From contig JAFXPG010000005.1 of assembly GCA_017528045.1 (NCBI GenBank), positions 1,370 to 65,369 of the forward strand: a DNA stretch of 64,000 nt, written 5' to 3'. The notes beneath the pieces are model-generated. The model did not search any database, was not told the origin of the DNA, and saw nothing but the letters and a program-made list of their open reading frames with translations. Every line of letters starts with the position of its first letter. The stretch's first letter is position 1. The stretch is from Alphaproteobacteria bacterium (GTDB lineage Bacteria > Pseudomonadota > Alphaproteobacteria > Rs-D84). The position numbers and the translations under genes are program-made. This document shows positions 21,555 through 31,623 of this stretch, one piece after another.

Positions 21555-23021
21555 ATGTCAGAAAATACAAATATATCTACAAATGAATTAGAAGCACGTA
21601 TGCAAAAGGTTGAAAATATTAAACAACGTGACGGTGTCGTTTGGAAAGATAAATTTGATCGTTCTCATAAAATCAGCGAAGCTCGTGAATTGGCAGACGA
21701 TACACCTGTGAAATTAGCTGGTCGTGTAACCGCTTTGCGTTGGTTGGGTAAATTGATGTTTGGTCGTATTTATGACATAGAAGGCGAAATTCAATTTTCA
21801 ATGTCTCGCGAAGAATTGGGTGAAGAAAATTATAAGTTTATGAAAGCTAATGTTGATTTAGGTGATTTTATAGGTATCTATGGAACTTTGTACCATACTA
21901 CTGCTGGTGAATTAACAGTTCGTGTTTCAAAATATGAAATTTTGGCCAAAGCATTGCGTCCTTTGCCAGAAAAATATCATGGTTTAACCGATACAGAAAC
22001 ACGTTATCGCCAAAGATATTTGGATATAATTTCTAATCCAGAAGCACGTAATGCTTTATTAGGTCGTTTTAAAATGACACAATATTGGCGTGATTTTATG
22101 AATGAAAATGGATTTTTAGAAATAGAAACCCCAGTAATGCAGAATATTGCTTCTGGTGCAGCTGCAAAACCATTTACAACTCATCACAATGCTTTAGATG
22201 CTGATTTTCAGTTGCGTATTTCGCCTGAATTATTTTTAAAACAAGCAATCGGTGCTGGATTTGATCGTGTTTACGAAGTTGCAAAGGATTTCCGTAACGA
22301 AGGTATGGATGCAATGCATTTACAAGAATTTACTATGGTTGAATGGTATGCGGCATATTGGGATTACAAAAAGAATATGCAATTTACATGGGATTTGATT
22401 CAAAATTTAATTAAAAAATGTCGTGGAACCTTGCAAATAGAATACCAAGGCACACCATTAGATTTTTCTTCTTATGAAACCATGGATTATACCGCGAAAA
22501 TGAATGAATTGTTTGGGTGCAATATATTGGATTTTGATGATGTTGATAAATTACGTCAACAAATCGTAGATAATGGTATGTTCCCTGCAGGTGAATTAGA
22601 TGATTTGAAATCAATACCAACGTTGGTGGATTATGTTTATAAACGTAAAATTCGTGGTGATATAATTAAGCCAACTTTCTTGTATAATTATCCAACTTAT
22701 ATGGTTCCTTTGGCACGTCACAGTGATGCAGACGATAGATGTTTGGATATGTTCCAATTGTTGGTTTGTGGTGCTGAAATTTGCAAAGGTTATTCTGAAT
22801 TAGTAAATCCAATTCAACAATTGGCGGCCTTTGAAGAACAAGCAAAAAATATAGCTGGTGGAGATGAAGAAGCCTTTAATCCGGATAATGATTTTGTTCG
22901 TTCAATGGAACATGGTTTTCCACCAATTTCAGGTGTGGGTATGGGGGTTGACAGATTAGCTTCTATTATCTTTGATCAACCAACATTGCGTGATGTAATA
23001 TTGTTCCCAATAATGAAATAA
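21555..23021 (+). CDS. lysS: lysine--tRNA ligase (class II)
   Basis: OB fold, RPLPEK.HG, RYRQRYLD, FRNEG and GMGVDRL motifs. Confidence 0.97.
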   Translation: MSENTNISTNELEARMQKVENIKQRDGVVWKDKFDRSHKISEARELADDTPVKLAGRVTALRWLGKLMFGRIYDIEGEIQFSMSREELGEENYKFMKANVDLGDFIGIYGTLYHTTAGELTVRVSKYEILAKALRPLPEKYHGLTDTETRYRQRYLDIISNPEARNALLGRFKMTQYWRDFMNENGFLEIETPVMQNIASGAAAKPFTTHHNALDADFQLRISPELFLKQAIGAGFDRVYEVAKDFRNEGMDAMHLQEFTMVEWYAAYWDYKKNMQFTWDLIQNLIKKCRGTLQIEYQGTPLDFSSYETMDYTAKMNELFGCNILDFDDVDKLRQQIVDNGMFPAGELDDLKSIPTLVDYVYKRKIRGDIIKPTFLYNYPTYMVPLARHSDADDRCLDMFQLLVCGAEICKGYSELVNPIQQLAAFEEQAKNIAGGDEEAFNPDNDFVRSMEHGFPPISGVGMGVDRLASIIFDQPTLRDVILFPIMK

Positions 23022-23031
23022 AGGATATTTT

Positions 23032-24429
23032 ATGTCTGGTAATATAAATACCAAAGATGTTTTTTTGGAAACAAAATTACATGATGAAAAAAATCTTGAA
23101 ATCATAGATGATGCTTTCCAATCTGGTCGTATAGATGAAGCAACACATGATTATTTGACAAATCTGTATACAAATTCTATGGATTTGTTCAGAGAGGTTT
23201 TTTTGACAATTGGTAAATGTTTTGGTGCACCAAAAGCAGCTGTTCGTAAATATGATTATGAATCAGATACGGCAATAGATGAACCTATAACAATATCTTA
23301 TATTCATCCGTTGGAACCATATCTGGTGAACCATCGTTTAGATGCTGATCCTATGCGTAACCAATTTTTTGTATCAACCAAAGGACATCAAATAGATTTG
23401 GCAGTATCGTCTATAGTTACTGTTATTGTTGCTGCTCAGAAAAATATAAACCGTGCATTAGATAAAATCACAGGTAAATATTATTCTAGTTATGTAAAAG
23501 AAGTAGCAAAGGTTGCTTATGATGTAATTGTTGAAAAAACAGGACGTGTTGCATCGGCACAGGCTATATCTGACAAAATATATGAAACATTTTCTAAATC
23601 ATTTATTACAGATGCTTCCAGTACTGTATTAGGAATAATAGGTTCTGTTCATCAAGAAATATCTGCACAAATGGTTCGTGAATTAGATAAAATAGAAACA
23701 CCATATGAAAGATTAAAGGATGTTTGGCGTATAAAATGTTTGTTTGACATGGTGCCTCAAGCTCGTACCTTTATTGAACGTGTTTCAAAGATGTGGCCAG
23801 AAAAAATACTAGATATCAAAGATGCTTTTTGTGACATCACAAATCCTCGTGGGTACAGAGACGCAAAATTGGTTATAAATATTGGTGATGATGAAAATGT
23901 TGTTCCAATGGAAATTATTTGCCAAGTAAGAACATTTTTTGAATTTGAACATCAAACACATTTGGCTTATGAAAAATCTCGTAAAGGTGTCAAAGGTGCA
24001 GATAATATAGAAGCTCAGACAGAAATTTTGCATCTGGAAGGTGTAAAAAAATATAATGCGATGATTTGTGATTGTGTTGAAGATTTATTTGATAGAATAG
24101 GGTGGAATATTTTATACAGTGCGGGAAATGAAGATATGTTGTTTGATGGGTTCCCTGTGTTAACAACAATGTATTATCCACAAAAAATCTCGGATCTTAT
24201 ATTAGAAAAAGTTGATAATGCAGTAGAAAACGAAGTTTTCTTTGTTGAAAATGCACCTGCAAAATTGACGAAAGATCAAGAAATAAGAATTTTCCGTTGG
24301 ATGGCAAAATTTATATTGATAGCTGCAATGCCTTATTCTTATGCTGATTGGACTGTTCAAACAGATACGATGGCTGGGAAATTCTTTAATTTTATAATGA
24401 AAGAATTACAACGTTATTATAAAAAATAA
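23032..24429 (+). CDS. RelA/SpoT-like nucleotidyltransferase-fold protein
   Basis: K...RA..K..GKY, LKDVWR, NPRGYRD, EIICQVRT. Confidence 0.55.
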   Translation: MSGNINTKDVFLETKLHDEKNLEIIDDAFQSGRIDEATHDYLTNLYTNSMDLFREVFLTIGKCFGAPKAAVRKYDYESDTAIDEPITISYIHPLEPYLVNHRLDADPMRNQFFVSTKGHQIDLAVSSIVTVIVAAQKNINRALDKITGKYYSSYVKEVAKVAYDVIVEKTGRVASAQAISDKIYETFSKSFITDASSTVLGIIGSVHQEISAQMVRELDKIETPYERLKDVWRIKCLFDMVPQARTFIERVSKMWPEKILDIKDAFCDITNPRGYRDAKLVINIGDDENVVPMEIICQVRTFFEFEHQTHLAYEKSRKGVKGADNIEAQTEILHLEGVKKYNAMICDCVEDLFDRIGWNILYSAGNEDMLFDGFPVLTTMYYPQKISDLILEKVDNAVENEVFFVENAPAKLTKDQEIRIFRWMAKFILIAAMPYSYADWTVQTDTMAGKFFNFIMKELQRYYKK

Positions 24430-24433
24430 AAAT

Positions 24434-24471
24434 ATAACAAGGGATGTATAAGATTACATCCCTTTGTTATT
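24434..24471. terminator. long hairpin terminator
   Basis: ATAACAAGGGATGTA...TACATCCCTTTGTTAT. Confidence 0.7.
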
Positions 24472-24564
24472 TACTTGCGTTTTATTTTTGATTTGATGTA
24501 AAATATATACAGGTTGTTGATGATACGGCGACAACCATTAACAAAAGCATAAAAAGGATCTATT

Positions 24565-24906
24565 ATGCGTCAAGGAAAGGTAAAATGGTACAACGGTAAA
24601 AAATGCTATGGCTTTATTACCCCAGATACACCAAACGAAAATGGAAACACAGATGATGTATTTGTTCACTCATCTGCATTGAAAGCAGCAGATATACGTT
24701 TCTTAAATGAAAACGATATTGTAGAATTTGAAGAAGAAATTCGCAATGATAAGTTATCTGTTACAACATTGAAATTGATTCAAAGAGATGAAGAATCTGC
24801 AAAAAGATTTCAAGAACGTCGTGCAGAACGTCGTCGTGCTCGTGAAAATCATAAACAACACGAAGAACATAAGGAAAAACGTGGTTTTGCGTTTTGGAAA
24901 AAATAA
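24565..24906 (+). CDS. cold-shock domain protein with charged C-terminal tail
   Basis: GKVKWYN..K.YGFI and DVFVH RNP motifs. Confidence 0.92.
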   Translation: MRQGKVKWYNGKKCYGFITPDTPNENGNTDDVFVHSSALKAADIRFLNENDIVEFEEEIRNDKLSVTTLKLIQRDEESAKRFQERRAERRRARENHKQHEEHKEKRGFAFWKK

Positions 24907-24957
24907 TTTATTACATAAAAAAATAACCACCAGTTTTTGGTGGTTATTTTTTTGTTT

Positions 24958-25530
24958 TTATTCGTATTCTCTAAGGTTAACTTTTTTCATAAAGTCCCCT
25001 AAGCATGGCGCGTTTTTATCTTTTTCTGATAGAATAGCTTTACTTGCGGGGATTTTCCAATCAACGTTTATTGTTTTATCAAAACAATTCAAACCAAATT
25101 CAGCAGGTTTATAATAACCATTATCACATTTATAAGCAAAAATAGCATAATCTGACAAAACAGAAAAACCATGTGCTAAATAACGTGGTATAAATAATTG
25201 TCTTTGATTTTCCGCAGACAACTCAACTGCAACATATTGTCCAAATGTTGGTGAACCTCTGCGTACATCAACTGCAACATCTAATACGGTTCCTGACAAA
25301 GCACGAACAAGTTTTGCTTGGCTGTATTTTCCCAATTGAACGTGCAAACCACGAATTGTTCCATATGCGGACATAGATTGGTTATCTTGAACAAATTTGT
25401 TTGTTATACCAATTTCTTTAAATGCTTTTTCGTTATAAGTTTCCATAAAATAACCACGATCATCACGAAATACATCTGGTTCAATGATAAAAACGCCGTC
25501 AATTTTTGTTTGGATTTTTCTAAAAGCCAT
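24958..25530 (-). CDS. rfbC: dTDP-4-dehydrorhamnose 3,5-epimerase
   Basis: DDRGYF.E, FVQDN.S, RGLH.Q, DVAVD.R.GSPTFG, AHGF. Confidence 0.96.
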   Translation of the reverse strand: MAFRKIQTKIDGVFIIEPDVFRDDRGYFMETYNEKAFKEIGITNKFVQDNQSMSAYGTIRGLHVQLGKYSQAKLVRALSGTVLDVAVDVRRGSPTFGQYVAVELSAENQRQLFIPRYLAHGFSVLSDYAIFAYKCDNGYYKPAEFGLNCFDKTINVDWKIPASKAILSEKDKNAPCLGDFMKKVNLREYE

Positions 25531-25633
25531 GATAAACTCCTTGTTTTTTCTGGAATTTTAGCTTTTTTATTTGGAAAATCAATATAAAAAACGCACACTA
25601 ATTTCAGTGTGCGTTTTCAAAATAAATGTTTTT

Positions 25634-26068
25634 TTATTTTGTTTTTCCTGCCATTTTTACAGCAGCCATACGAGCAGCTTGTTCTGAAAAATATTGCTGT
25701 TCGGCTTTTGTTAATTCAAAACCACCATAAGCAAGCAAGTTATTCAAAGCAGCCATACGAATAAATTTATCATGCAAATCACTAATAGCTTTCTTTTGTT
25801 TAGAATATTGATAATCTAAAATAAATGCATGACCAACGGCTTTAGAACCAGTCATATCTGTATGCTTGTGAATTATTTCGGTTATACCGATAGTTGCTAA
25901 TTTTTGTTGGATTGCTGTGTCATCTGCTACTAAACCTGTATCAAAATACAATTTGACATAGTTACCATCAAATTCAAAATTCTTTATATGCGCACCCAAT
26001 TCCGCCATAGTAAATTCTTTAGCGGCTTGTACGTATGGTGCAACAGCTTCATTTGTTTTTTCTGCCAT
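25634..26068 (-). CDS. hypothetical protein
   Basis: 144-aa ORF, SD AAAGGA, terminator ACGCACACT...AGTGTGCGT downstream. Confidence 0.7.
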   Translation of the reverse strand: MAEKTNEAVAPYVQAAKEFTMAELGAHIKNFEFDGNYVKLYFDTGLVADDTAIQQKLATIGITEIIHKHTDMTGSKAVGHAFILDYQYSKQKKAISDLHDKFIRMAALNNLLAYGGFELTKAEQQYFSEQAARMAAVKMAGKTK

Positions 26069-26101
26069 TTGTAAAATCCTTTTTTGTATGCGTGTATTTT
26101 A

Positions 26102-26290
26102 TCATAAAAATAGGCTTTTTTCAATATAAATATAGCCTGTGCATAAAAAACACAGGCTGTTTAATTTTAAATATAATAGGACGATGTTCGGCATATCTAA
26201 TAAAACAGCATCACGAATTATACGAGCAAAAGCTTCACCGTTTTGCTTTTTTAATTGTTTATAAACTTGGGTTGTATCTATTTCTGTCAT
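26102..26290 (-). pseudogene. probable 5' fragment of a longer gene
   Basis: Coding-like first ~38 codons (MTEIDTTQVYKQLKKQNGEAFARII...) run into the hairpin AGCCTGTG...CACAGGCT. Confidence 0.3.
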
Positions 26291-26432
26291 GTTCGTTTAA
26301 ATCATATCACAAAAGATTTTGTGTTTATATTGTTTTTTATAAAAATTAGCAATGCAGGGCAACATACATAAGCAATTTTAAAACATTATAATATTGACAA
26401 ATATGTATTTTTGTGTTATAAATATAGCAGCT

Positions 26433-27275
26433 ATGAGACAAGAACTTGCAATCAGTTTTAAAATAACAAATTGGTGTAATTTAAATTGCGCCCACTGTTG
26501 TGAATGCAGTAATTGTCATTGTGCGCCAAATTTTATGCCGTTGGAAAAATTTGATAATTATTTGTCAGAATCCAGAACTTTGCCATTTATTCCAAATGAA
26601 TTGTTTTGTATAGGTGGTGGTGAAGCAATGGCACCGTATATGCATAAAAATCCAAACTATATTCCATGTGCATTGGATTTGGTTTATTCTTATAAATATG
26701 TGCCAACTATAAAAACCAATGGCACATGGGGCCAAGATGAAACGTTGCGAAAGAAGATTTTATCTGATATTAGCGCAAAGGCATATAAATATGAAAAATT
26801 GGTAACATTGGATATTTCGGTAGATGAATTTCATAATAACTTGGATGGTGTTGCAAAGATTATTCGTGATATAATGGGATCATCAGAATTATGCTATGCA
26901 ATAAGATTTTGTTTGGTTGGTTTTAATACATCTGGATCTATAAAAGCATTAAATTGTTTACAGCAGAAATTACAAGAATCAGGTTTTAATATTCAGAAAA
27001 CACTTGCCAATGATTGGATGATAGATGCACCAAATGCTGATTGTGGTATATATGTATGTAATGATTACACATCGAATATATATGATCTGGGTCGTGCAAA
27101 ACAAACCAAGGTTTATAATTGTGAATATGGGACAGGTCTTATAAAAACAACAGATTGTTTACAGATAGACAACGAAGATAACGCGATTTTAAATTATCTT
27201 TATCGGGAAAAAATCAATAAAAGACCATTAAACGAAGTTTTTAATTCTTTGATGCAACAACAAGAACACAGATAA
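26433..27275 (+). CDS. radical SAM protein
   Basis: ITNWCNLNCAHC (CxxxCxxC), GGGEA, TNG and ISVD motifs. Confidence 0.88.
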   Translation: MRQELAISFKITNWCNLNCAHCCECSNCHCAPNFMPLEKFDNYLSESRTLPFIPNELFCIGGGEAMAPYMHKNPNYIPCALDLVYSYKYVPTIKTNGTWGQDETLRKKILSDISAKAYKYEKLVTLDISVDEFHNNLDGVAKIIRDIMGSSELCYAIRFCLVGFNTSGSIKALNCLQQKLQESGFNIQKTLANDWMIDAPNADCGIYVCNDYTSNIYDLGRAKQTKVYNCEYGTGLIKTTDCLQIDNEDNAILNYLYREKINKRPLNEVFNSLMQQQEHR

Positions 27276-28510
27276 TGAATGAATTTGAAGAAATTTTTTA
27301 TGAATGCGAAGATATAAGTACACAAGATATGTGCTATTATTTATCGACAGAAGAATCAGAAATACATATTGGATGGCGTCCAACAATCGATTGTGAAATT
27401 GGACGAATTTCAAAATTATCAGAAGTCTTTCTTGAATGGTATTTGTTTGAATCTGATACAGAAAAAAACATCAAAACCTTTCTTGAATCCGAAGGTTTAT
27501 CTGACGTGTTTACCGAAACACAATTTATGGATTTAATGTGTGGCAAAGCATATCTTGACAATGTTTTATTACAATTTGTTGCATTAAAATTACCGTTTTT
27601 TTTGACAGTGGGCAGATTGTGTCGTTTAAATTCGTGTGTAAAAAATGGATATTTAATCAAAGGCGACTATCAAACTGTAATTGCTAAAATACAAAAATTA
27701 AGAATAGAACAAGCACAACAAGAAAAAGAAAGAGAAAAAGAGTCTTACAGACAATATCGTGAAACACATCATGACCAAATAATAGAGTATGATAGACAAA
27801 GATATAAAAGACGTCGCCAACAAGTGCTGGCTCAGAAAAAAATATATTATGCGGCAAACAGGGAAATAATCGCAGAAAAAACTAAAATATATCGAGAAGC
27901 ACATCAAGATGAAATTAAAAAAAGAAAAAAACAATATGAAATTGCGCATAAAGAAGAAATAAGAGAACAACGCAAAAAATATCGTGCAGCCAGAAAAGCG
28001 GAAATTCGTGAAAAAAATAAAAAATGGCGTGCAGAACATCCTGAATATGACAAACAACGCGCACAAAGACCGCAACGAAAAAAATATATGAAAGAATATC
28101 ATAAAAGATATACTGAGAAAAATCTTGAAGCTGTACAAAAACGAAAAAGGGCTTGGTACGAAGCAAACAAAGAACGTCTTGTTGAACAAGACAAACAACG
28201 TCGTCAAAAATTAAAACAACAAACAGAAATGGCTCAAAAGATTTGTGCGGCATATGTGTTTTTATTACAGCTTAGAAAAACAGATAAAGCACAATATCAA
28301 ATGCTTTACAGACCACAACAAAATCCTTTGATTGAAATGTTGCGTCTTTGTCCAGCATTACAGAACATGGATGCGTCTTTGTGTCCGTTATGTAATTCTG
28401 AAAGTTGGCAGTCTGTTGATACATGTTGTAATCCGAAAGTGTTGGCATTGCCAGGGGCAGCTGATAAGCTGAAATACATTGCAAACGAATTAAAACAAAA
28501 CAAACGCTAA
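27275..28510 (+). CDS. hypothetical protein with ~15-aa charged helical repeats and Cys-rich C-terminus
   Basis: YRETHHDQI / YREAHQDEI / YEIAHKEEI repeats; CPAL..CPLC..CC; TAATG coupling to the upstream gene. Confidence 0.7.
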   Translation: MNEFEEIFYECEDISTQDMCYYLSTEESEIHIGWRPTIDCEIGRISKLSEVFLEWYLFESDTEKNIKTFLESEGLSDVFTETQFMDLMCGKAYLDNVLLQFVALKLPFFLTVGRLCRLNSCVKNGYLIKGDYQTVIAKIQKLRIEQAQQEKEREKESYRQYRETHHDQIIEYDRQRYKRRRQQVLAQKKIYYAANREIIAEKTKIYREAHQDEIKKRKKQYEIAHKEEIREQRKKYRAARKAEIREKNKKWRAEHPEYDKQRAQRPQRKKYMKEYHKRYTEKNLEAVQKRKRAWYEANKERLVEQDKQRRQKLKQQTEMAQKICAAYVFLLQLRKTDKAQYQMLYRPQQNPLIEMLRLCPALQNMDASLCPLCNSESWQSVDTCCNPKVLALPGAADKLKYIANELKQNKR

Positions 28511-28642
28511 ATAGTTGGTTCTATTTTTATTTAAGTGGAATATTTATCTGTGGCGTTCTGTCCATAAAATAGATTCTGGAATTATATATTGTTGTAAGAT
28601 TTTTTTGATATGATACAATTCTCACTATGAAAGGAGTTTTTT

Positions 28643-29197
28643 ATGACCACAAAAAATATTACTGATATTGATACAGAATTAAACATTGCGTGGTTAAATT
28701 GGCGCCAAGAAATACAAATATATTGGCAACGAGCTCTATATTTTTTTGGTTTCATAAGTATTATTGGAGCAGGGTATTTAAAAATAAAAACTATGACCCC
28801 AAGTAATCCGATAATTTCGTTATTATTTAGTATGTTGTTTACATTTTTGGCTTTTTGTTGGTATTTATCAAATCGTGGTTCTAAATTTTGGCAAGAAAAT
28901 TGGGAACTGCATATAAAAGAATTAGAGTCTTTAAGAAAATATTCTTTAACGGATGTATTAAGCAAAAAAATAGATAATAAAAAAATATTAAGTTCTTATC
29001 CTTTTTCACCATATAAAACTAATACTTTAATAAGTTTAACAGTATTCGTTTTCAGTTTGGTGTGTATGATTTGCGAAGTATTATCATTATTTGATCTTGG
29101 TAAAGATACAAATAAATGGATTTTGTTGATTACTGTGTTGTTCTTGTTGTTTATTATAAGAATACCGAATATGGTTAAATTTAGAAAATTTAAATAA
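28643..29197 (+). CDS. 4-TM membrane protein, putative pore-forming defence protein
   Basis: R..EI..YWQRA.YF and RGSKFWQENWE motifs; very low GC. Confidence 0.6.
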   Translation: MTTKNITDIDTELNIAWLNWRQEIQIYWQRALYFFGFISIIGAGYLKIKTMTPSNPIISLLFSMLFTFLAFCWYLSNRGSKFWQENWELHIKELESLRKYSLTDVLSKKIDNKKILSSYPFSPYKTNTLISLTVFVFSLVCMICEVLSLFDLGKDTNKWILLITVLFLLFIIRIPNMVKFRKFK

Positions 29198-29231
29198 AAA
29201 AAACCGCTCTTAGTGGCGGTTTTAAATTTTG

Positions 29232-29339
29232 TGGTCGTGCAGGGATGTCGGTTTTCGAACTGATATTATTAAGATTGGACGGGATATTGAAGGTGTAAAA
29301 CGAATATTAAATGTTGAAATTTTTGAAACCATTTTTTAA
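29232..29339 (+). repeat. att-like junction 1 with coding-like tail
   Basis: TGGTCGTGC-N15-CGAACT; reads WSCRDVGFRTDIIKIGRDIEGVKRILNVEIFETIF*. Confidence 0.7.
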
Positions 29340-29419
29340 AATAAGAATATAGTCAAAAAGGGAGTAAATATGAAAAAAATAATGATATTGTGCCTTGGAA
29401 TTGGTTTGTTTATTGAAAA
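29255..29419 (+). repeat. 165-bp direct repeat, copy 1 (copy 2 at 33612-33776)
   Basis: Identical except for 2 substitutions, by eye. Confidence 0.9.
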
Positions 29420-29423
29420 ATAA
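29370..29423 (+). pseudogene. truncated copy of the 33727 gene
   Basis: MKKIMILCLGIGLFIEK* versus MKKIMILCLGIGLFIENADAAY... Confidence 0.85.
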
Positions 29424-29621
29424 CAGCTAACATCTTTTCCAGTGTTTTTCCTGCACAAATAATATACGATATCATAAAATAAAACAATATTTTTATAAAT
29501 GTAAATATTTGTGTGTGCTTGAGAAATTATAGAGATTTGTAATTAGATTGATTTCTTTTTAACAGTTTGAACAGCACTTAAAAATATGATATAATTCAAC
29601 AGTGCTGGAGGGAATTTAACC

Positions 29622-30371
29622 ATGAAAAAAATTATTTTTTGTATGTTTGTATCGTTTTTGTGTTTATGTAATGCTGGTGCAGCAACCCAGATAAAATGTC
29701 CAGCAGGATTTTTTTGTGCTTCCAATGGAGTATACACTCCTTATGGAGGAGGTATACAATCATACCAAAAAGGGGCTGCAGAACAGGTTACTCCTAGTTG
29801 GGGTGATTGGAGTGAAGAACTATTTTGTTCGTCTTGTAAAAAAAGTAGGTCTGGCTGTTCTTATTGTGCAGATGATTATGACGAAGCATGGGTTTCAACG
29901 TGGTTTGGTTTTTACTTAATAAAAAATGGTGAAGTTACACATCATACATCTGGAAATTCTCCAGCTAGAGGGGCTTTCCCTTGTCCTGGTACGTATCCTT
30001 CTTCTGCTGAGGGGGCAACTTCTGTATTTGAATGCTATAAAGTTGTTGGTAATGGTCAAAAAGAATATTATAAAGCACCAGTAAATACACAAACAAATTA
30101 TTCTGGAAGTTGTGATATTGCTGATTTACAGGCTTTATTTGAAAATTTACAATCAGCATTGAATAATGCAAATAAATTAGCACAAGATTTACAAAATGCA
30201 TTGAATAAAGCGCAATCTCAATCTTTGGTAAAATCTTCTAAGTTAGAATTGACAAAAAATATTTCAGAAGATAAAAAATCTTTTCAATCAGGTAAAAATT
30301 TGCGTTCAGGTTCCGCACGTTTAAATAATGATATAGAAACGGCAAAAGCAATGATAAAAGCGGGTATATAA
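29622..30371 (+). CDS. secreted Cys-rich protein
   Basis: Signal peptide, CPAGFFC, CPGTYPSS..GATS..ECY, coiled-coil tail. Confidence 0.8.
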   Translation: MKKIIFCMFVSFLCLCNAGAATQIKCPAGFFCASNGVYTPYGGGIQSYQKGAAEQVTPSWGDWSEELFCSSCKKSRSGCSYCADDYDEAWVSTWFGFYLIKNGEVTHHTSGNSPARGAFPCPGTYPSSAEGATSVFECYKVVGNGQKEYYKAPVNTQTNYSGSCDIADLQALFENLQSALNNANKLAQDLQNALNKAQSQSLVKSSKLELTKNISEDKKSFQSGKNLRSGSARLNNDIETAKAMIKAGI

Positions 30372-30498
30372 AAAAACGCCATTTAGTGGCGTTTTTTATG
30401 TTTATTGATAAAAAGCCTGTTTTTCGTGTTTTGTATGATTTATATTGCAAAGTTATATGCATGTATTAGAATTTGCGTAAAAAGTAAAAGGATTTTTT

Positions 30499-30861
30499 AT
30501 GGCAAAAACGTTAAACCAGACACCTTTTAATATATCTATTAAAAAATCTATAATAAGTGCTGTTAAGAAAGGTTTAGTAATTCAAACCCTGGATGGGCCG
30601 GCTGTTGAAGATTATGTTCTATTTGATGTAAAGACAAAAAAACAAGTTCTAAGATTGCGTGAAAATTATGCAACAGTATTTTCTTCTATAGTTTTTAGCG
30701 AAGATAATTATTATATGACAAAAGATGCATATAGTATGGTTAATGGTGTTCTTAATCTACAGAAAAACGCACAATCTCCGGATGATGCTCATTATATTCC
30801 TGAATTAGATTTTAAAGATATTTATACTTTAATGAAAAGTGTTGCAGTAAAGGTAAGATAA
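30499..30861 (+). CDS. hypothetical protein
   Basis: 120 aa; SD AAAGGA. Confidence 0.65.
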   Translation: MAKTLNQTPFNISIKKSIISAVKKGLVIQTLDGPAVEDYVLFDVKTKKQVLRLRENYATVFSSIVFSEDNYYMTKDAYSMVNGVLNLQKNAQSPDDAHYIPELDFKDIYTLMKSVAVKVR

Positions 30862-30871
30862 AACAAAAAAC

Positions 30872-31438
30872 ATGCAAGCTGTAATAGATTTTTTTAAACA
30901 ATTATTTACAAAAGATTTTAATTCTGAATATAACCATTCAAATTACATAGATGTTGTTGATGGTAAAGAATTTTTTCATTTTGATTGCAGCGGCTTTGTA
31001 TATTGGTGTTTATTACAAATGGGTTATAAACGTTCTTTGGTTGAATTAAGAAGTTTTCTGAAAGAACATAACTTTATAAAGATAAACAGATTCTTTTGTA
31101 AAGATTTTAAATTTATTCATGAACATAAAAACAGTTTTAAATATTGGAATTTTGTAGATAAACCAATAGCTGGATGTGTTATGGTGGTTGTTTTTCCTGA
31201 TGAAAACGGGCATTGTATGTTTGTTGATAAACTTATAAATATAGATAAAGATAAAATGTGTTTGCATATAATTGATTCCACTCGTTATTTACATAAAAAC
31301 GATACCAGAAGAAACTCAGGAATAGGGTTGGGAGAGATAGAAATTATTCATAAAAATAATGAATGGTTTTACAATTCAAATAATAAAGAATTACCTGTCA
31401 GAAAAGCAGAAATATATTTTGTTTGTCCAATAAAATAA
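30872..31438 (+). CDS. NlpC/P60-like papain-fold hydrolase
   Basis: FDCSGFV catalytic Cys motif, GHCM His, IIDST. Confidence 0.65.
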   Translation: MQAVIDFFKQLFTKDFNSEYNHSNYIDVVDGKEFFHFDCSGFVYWCLLQMGYKRSLVELRSFLKEHNFIKINRFFCKDFKFIHEHKNSFKYWNFVDKPIAGCVMVVVFPDENGHCMFVDKLINIDKDKMCLHIIDSTRYLHKNDTRRNSGIGLGEIEIIHKNNEWFYNSNNKELPVRKAEIYFVCPIK

Positions 31439-31492
31439 ATAGACATAATAAAAATACAAAACCGCCCCTTAATGTAACAGTTTTGAATTTTG

Positions 31493-31561
31493 TGGTCGTG
31501 CTGGGATGACGGTTTGCGAACTGAAATTATACAGATTGGAAGAGAGATTAAGAACGATTGA
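31493..31561 (+). repeat. att-like junction 2 with coding-like tail
   Basis: TTTGAATTTTG-TGGTCGTGC-N15-CGAACT; reads WSCWDDGLRTEIIQIGREIKND*. Confidence 0.7.
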
Positions 31562-31623
31562 ATAAGTAAATTTTTGATAAATTCATACTTTTGTGCTATA
31601 ATTTACAATCAAAGGGGTGTTTT

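Noticed and set aside
27698-28253. Phe-rich minus-strand ORFs
   Set aside because: Antisense shadows of the Lys/Glu-rich repeat gene.
28540-28590. Possible fifth junction (ATTTATCTG-TGGCGTTC...GGAATT)
   Set aside because: It lacks TGGTCG and the 24-nt CGAACT offset; too degenerate to call.
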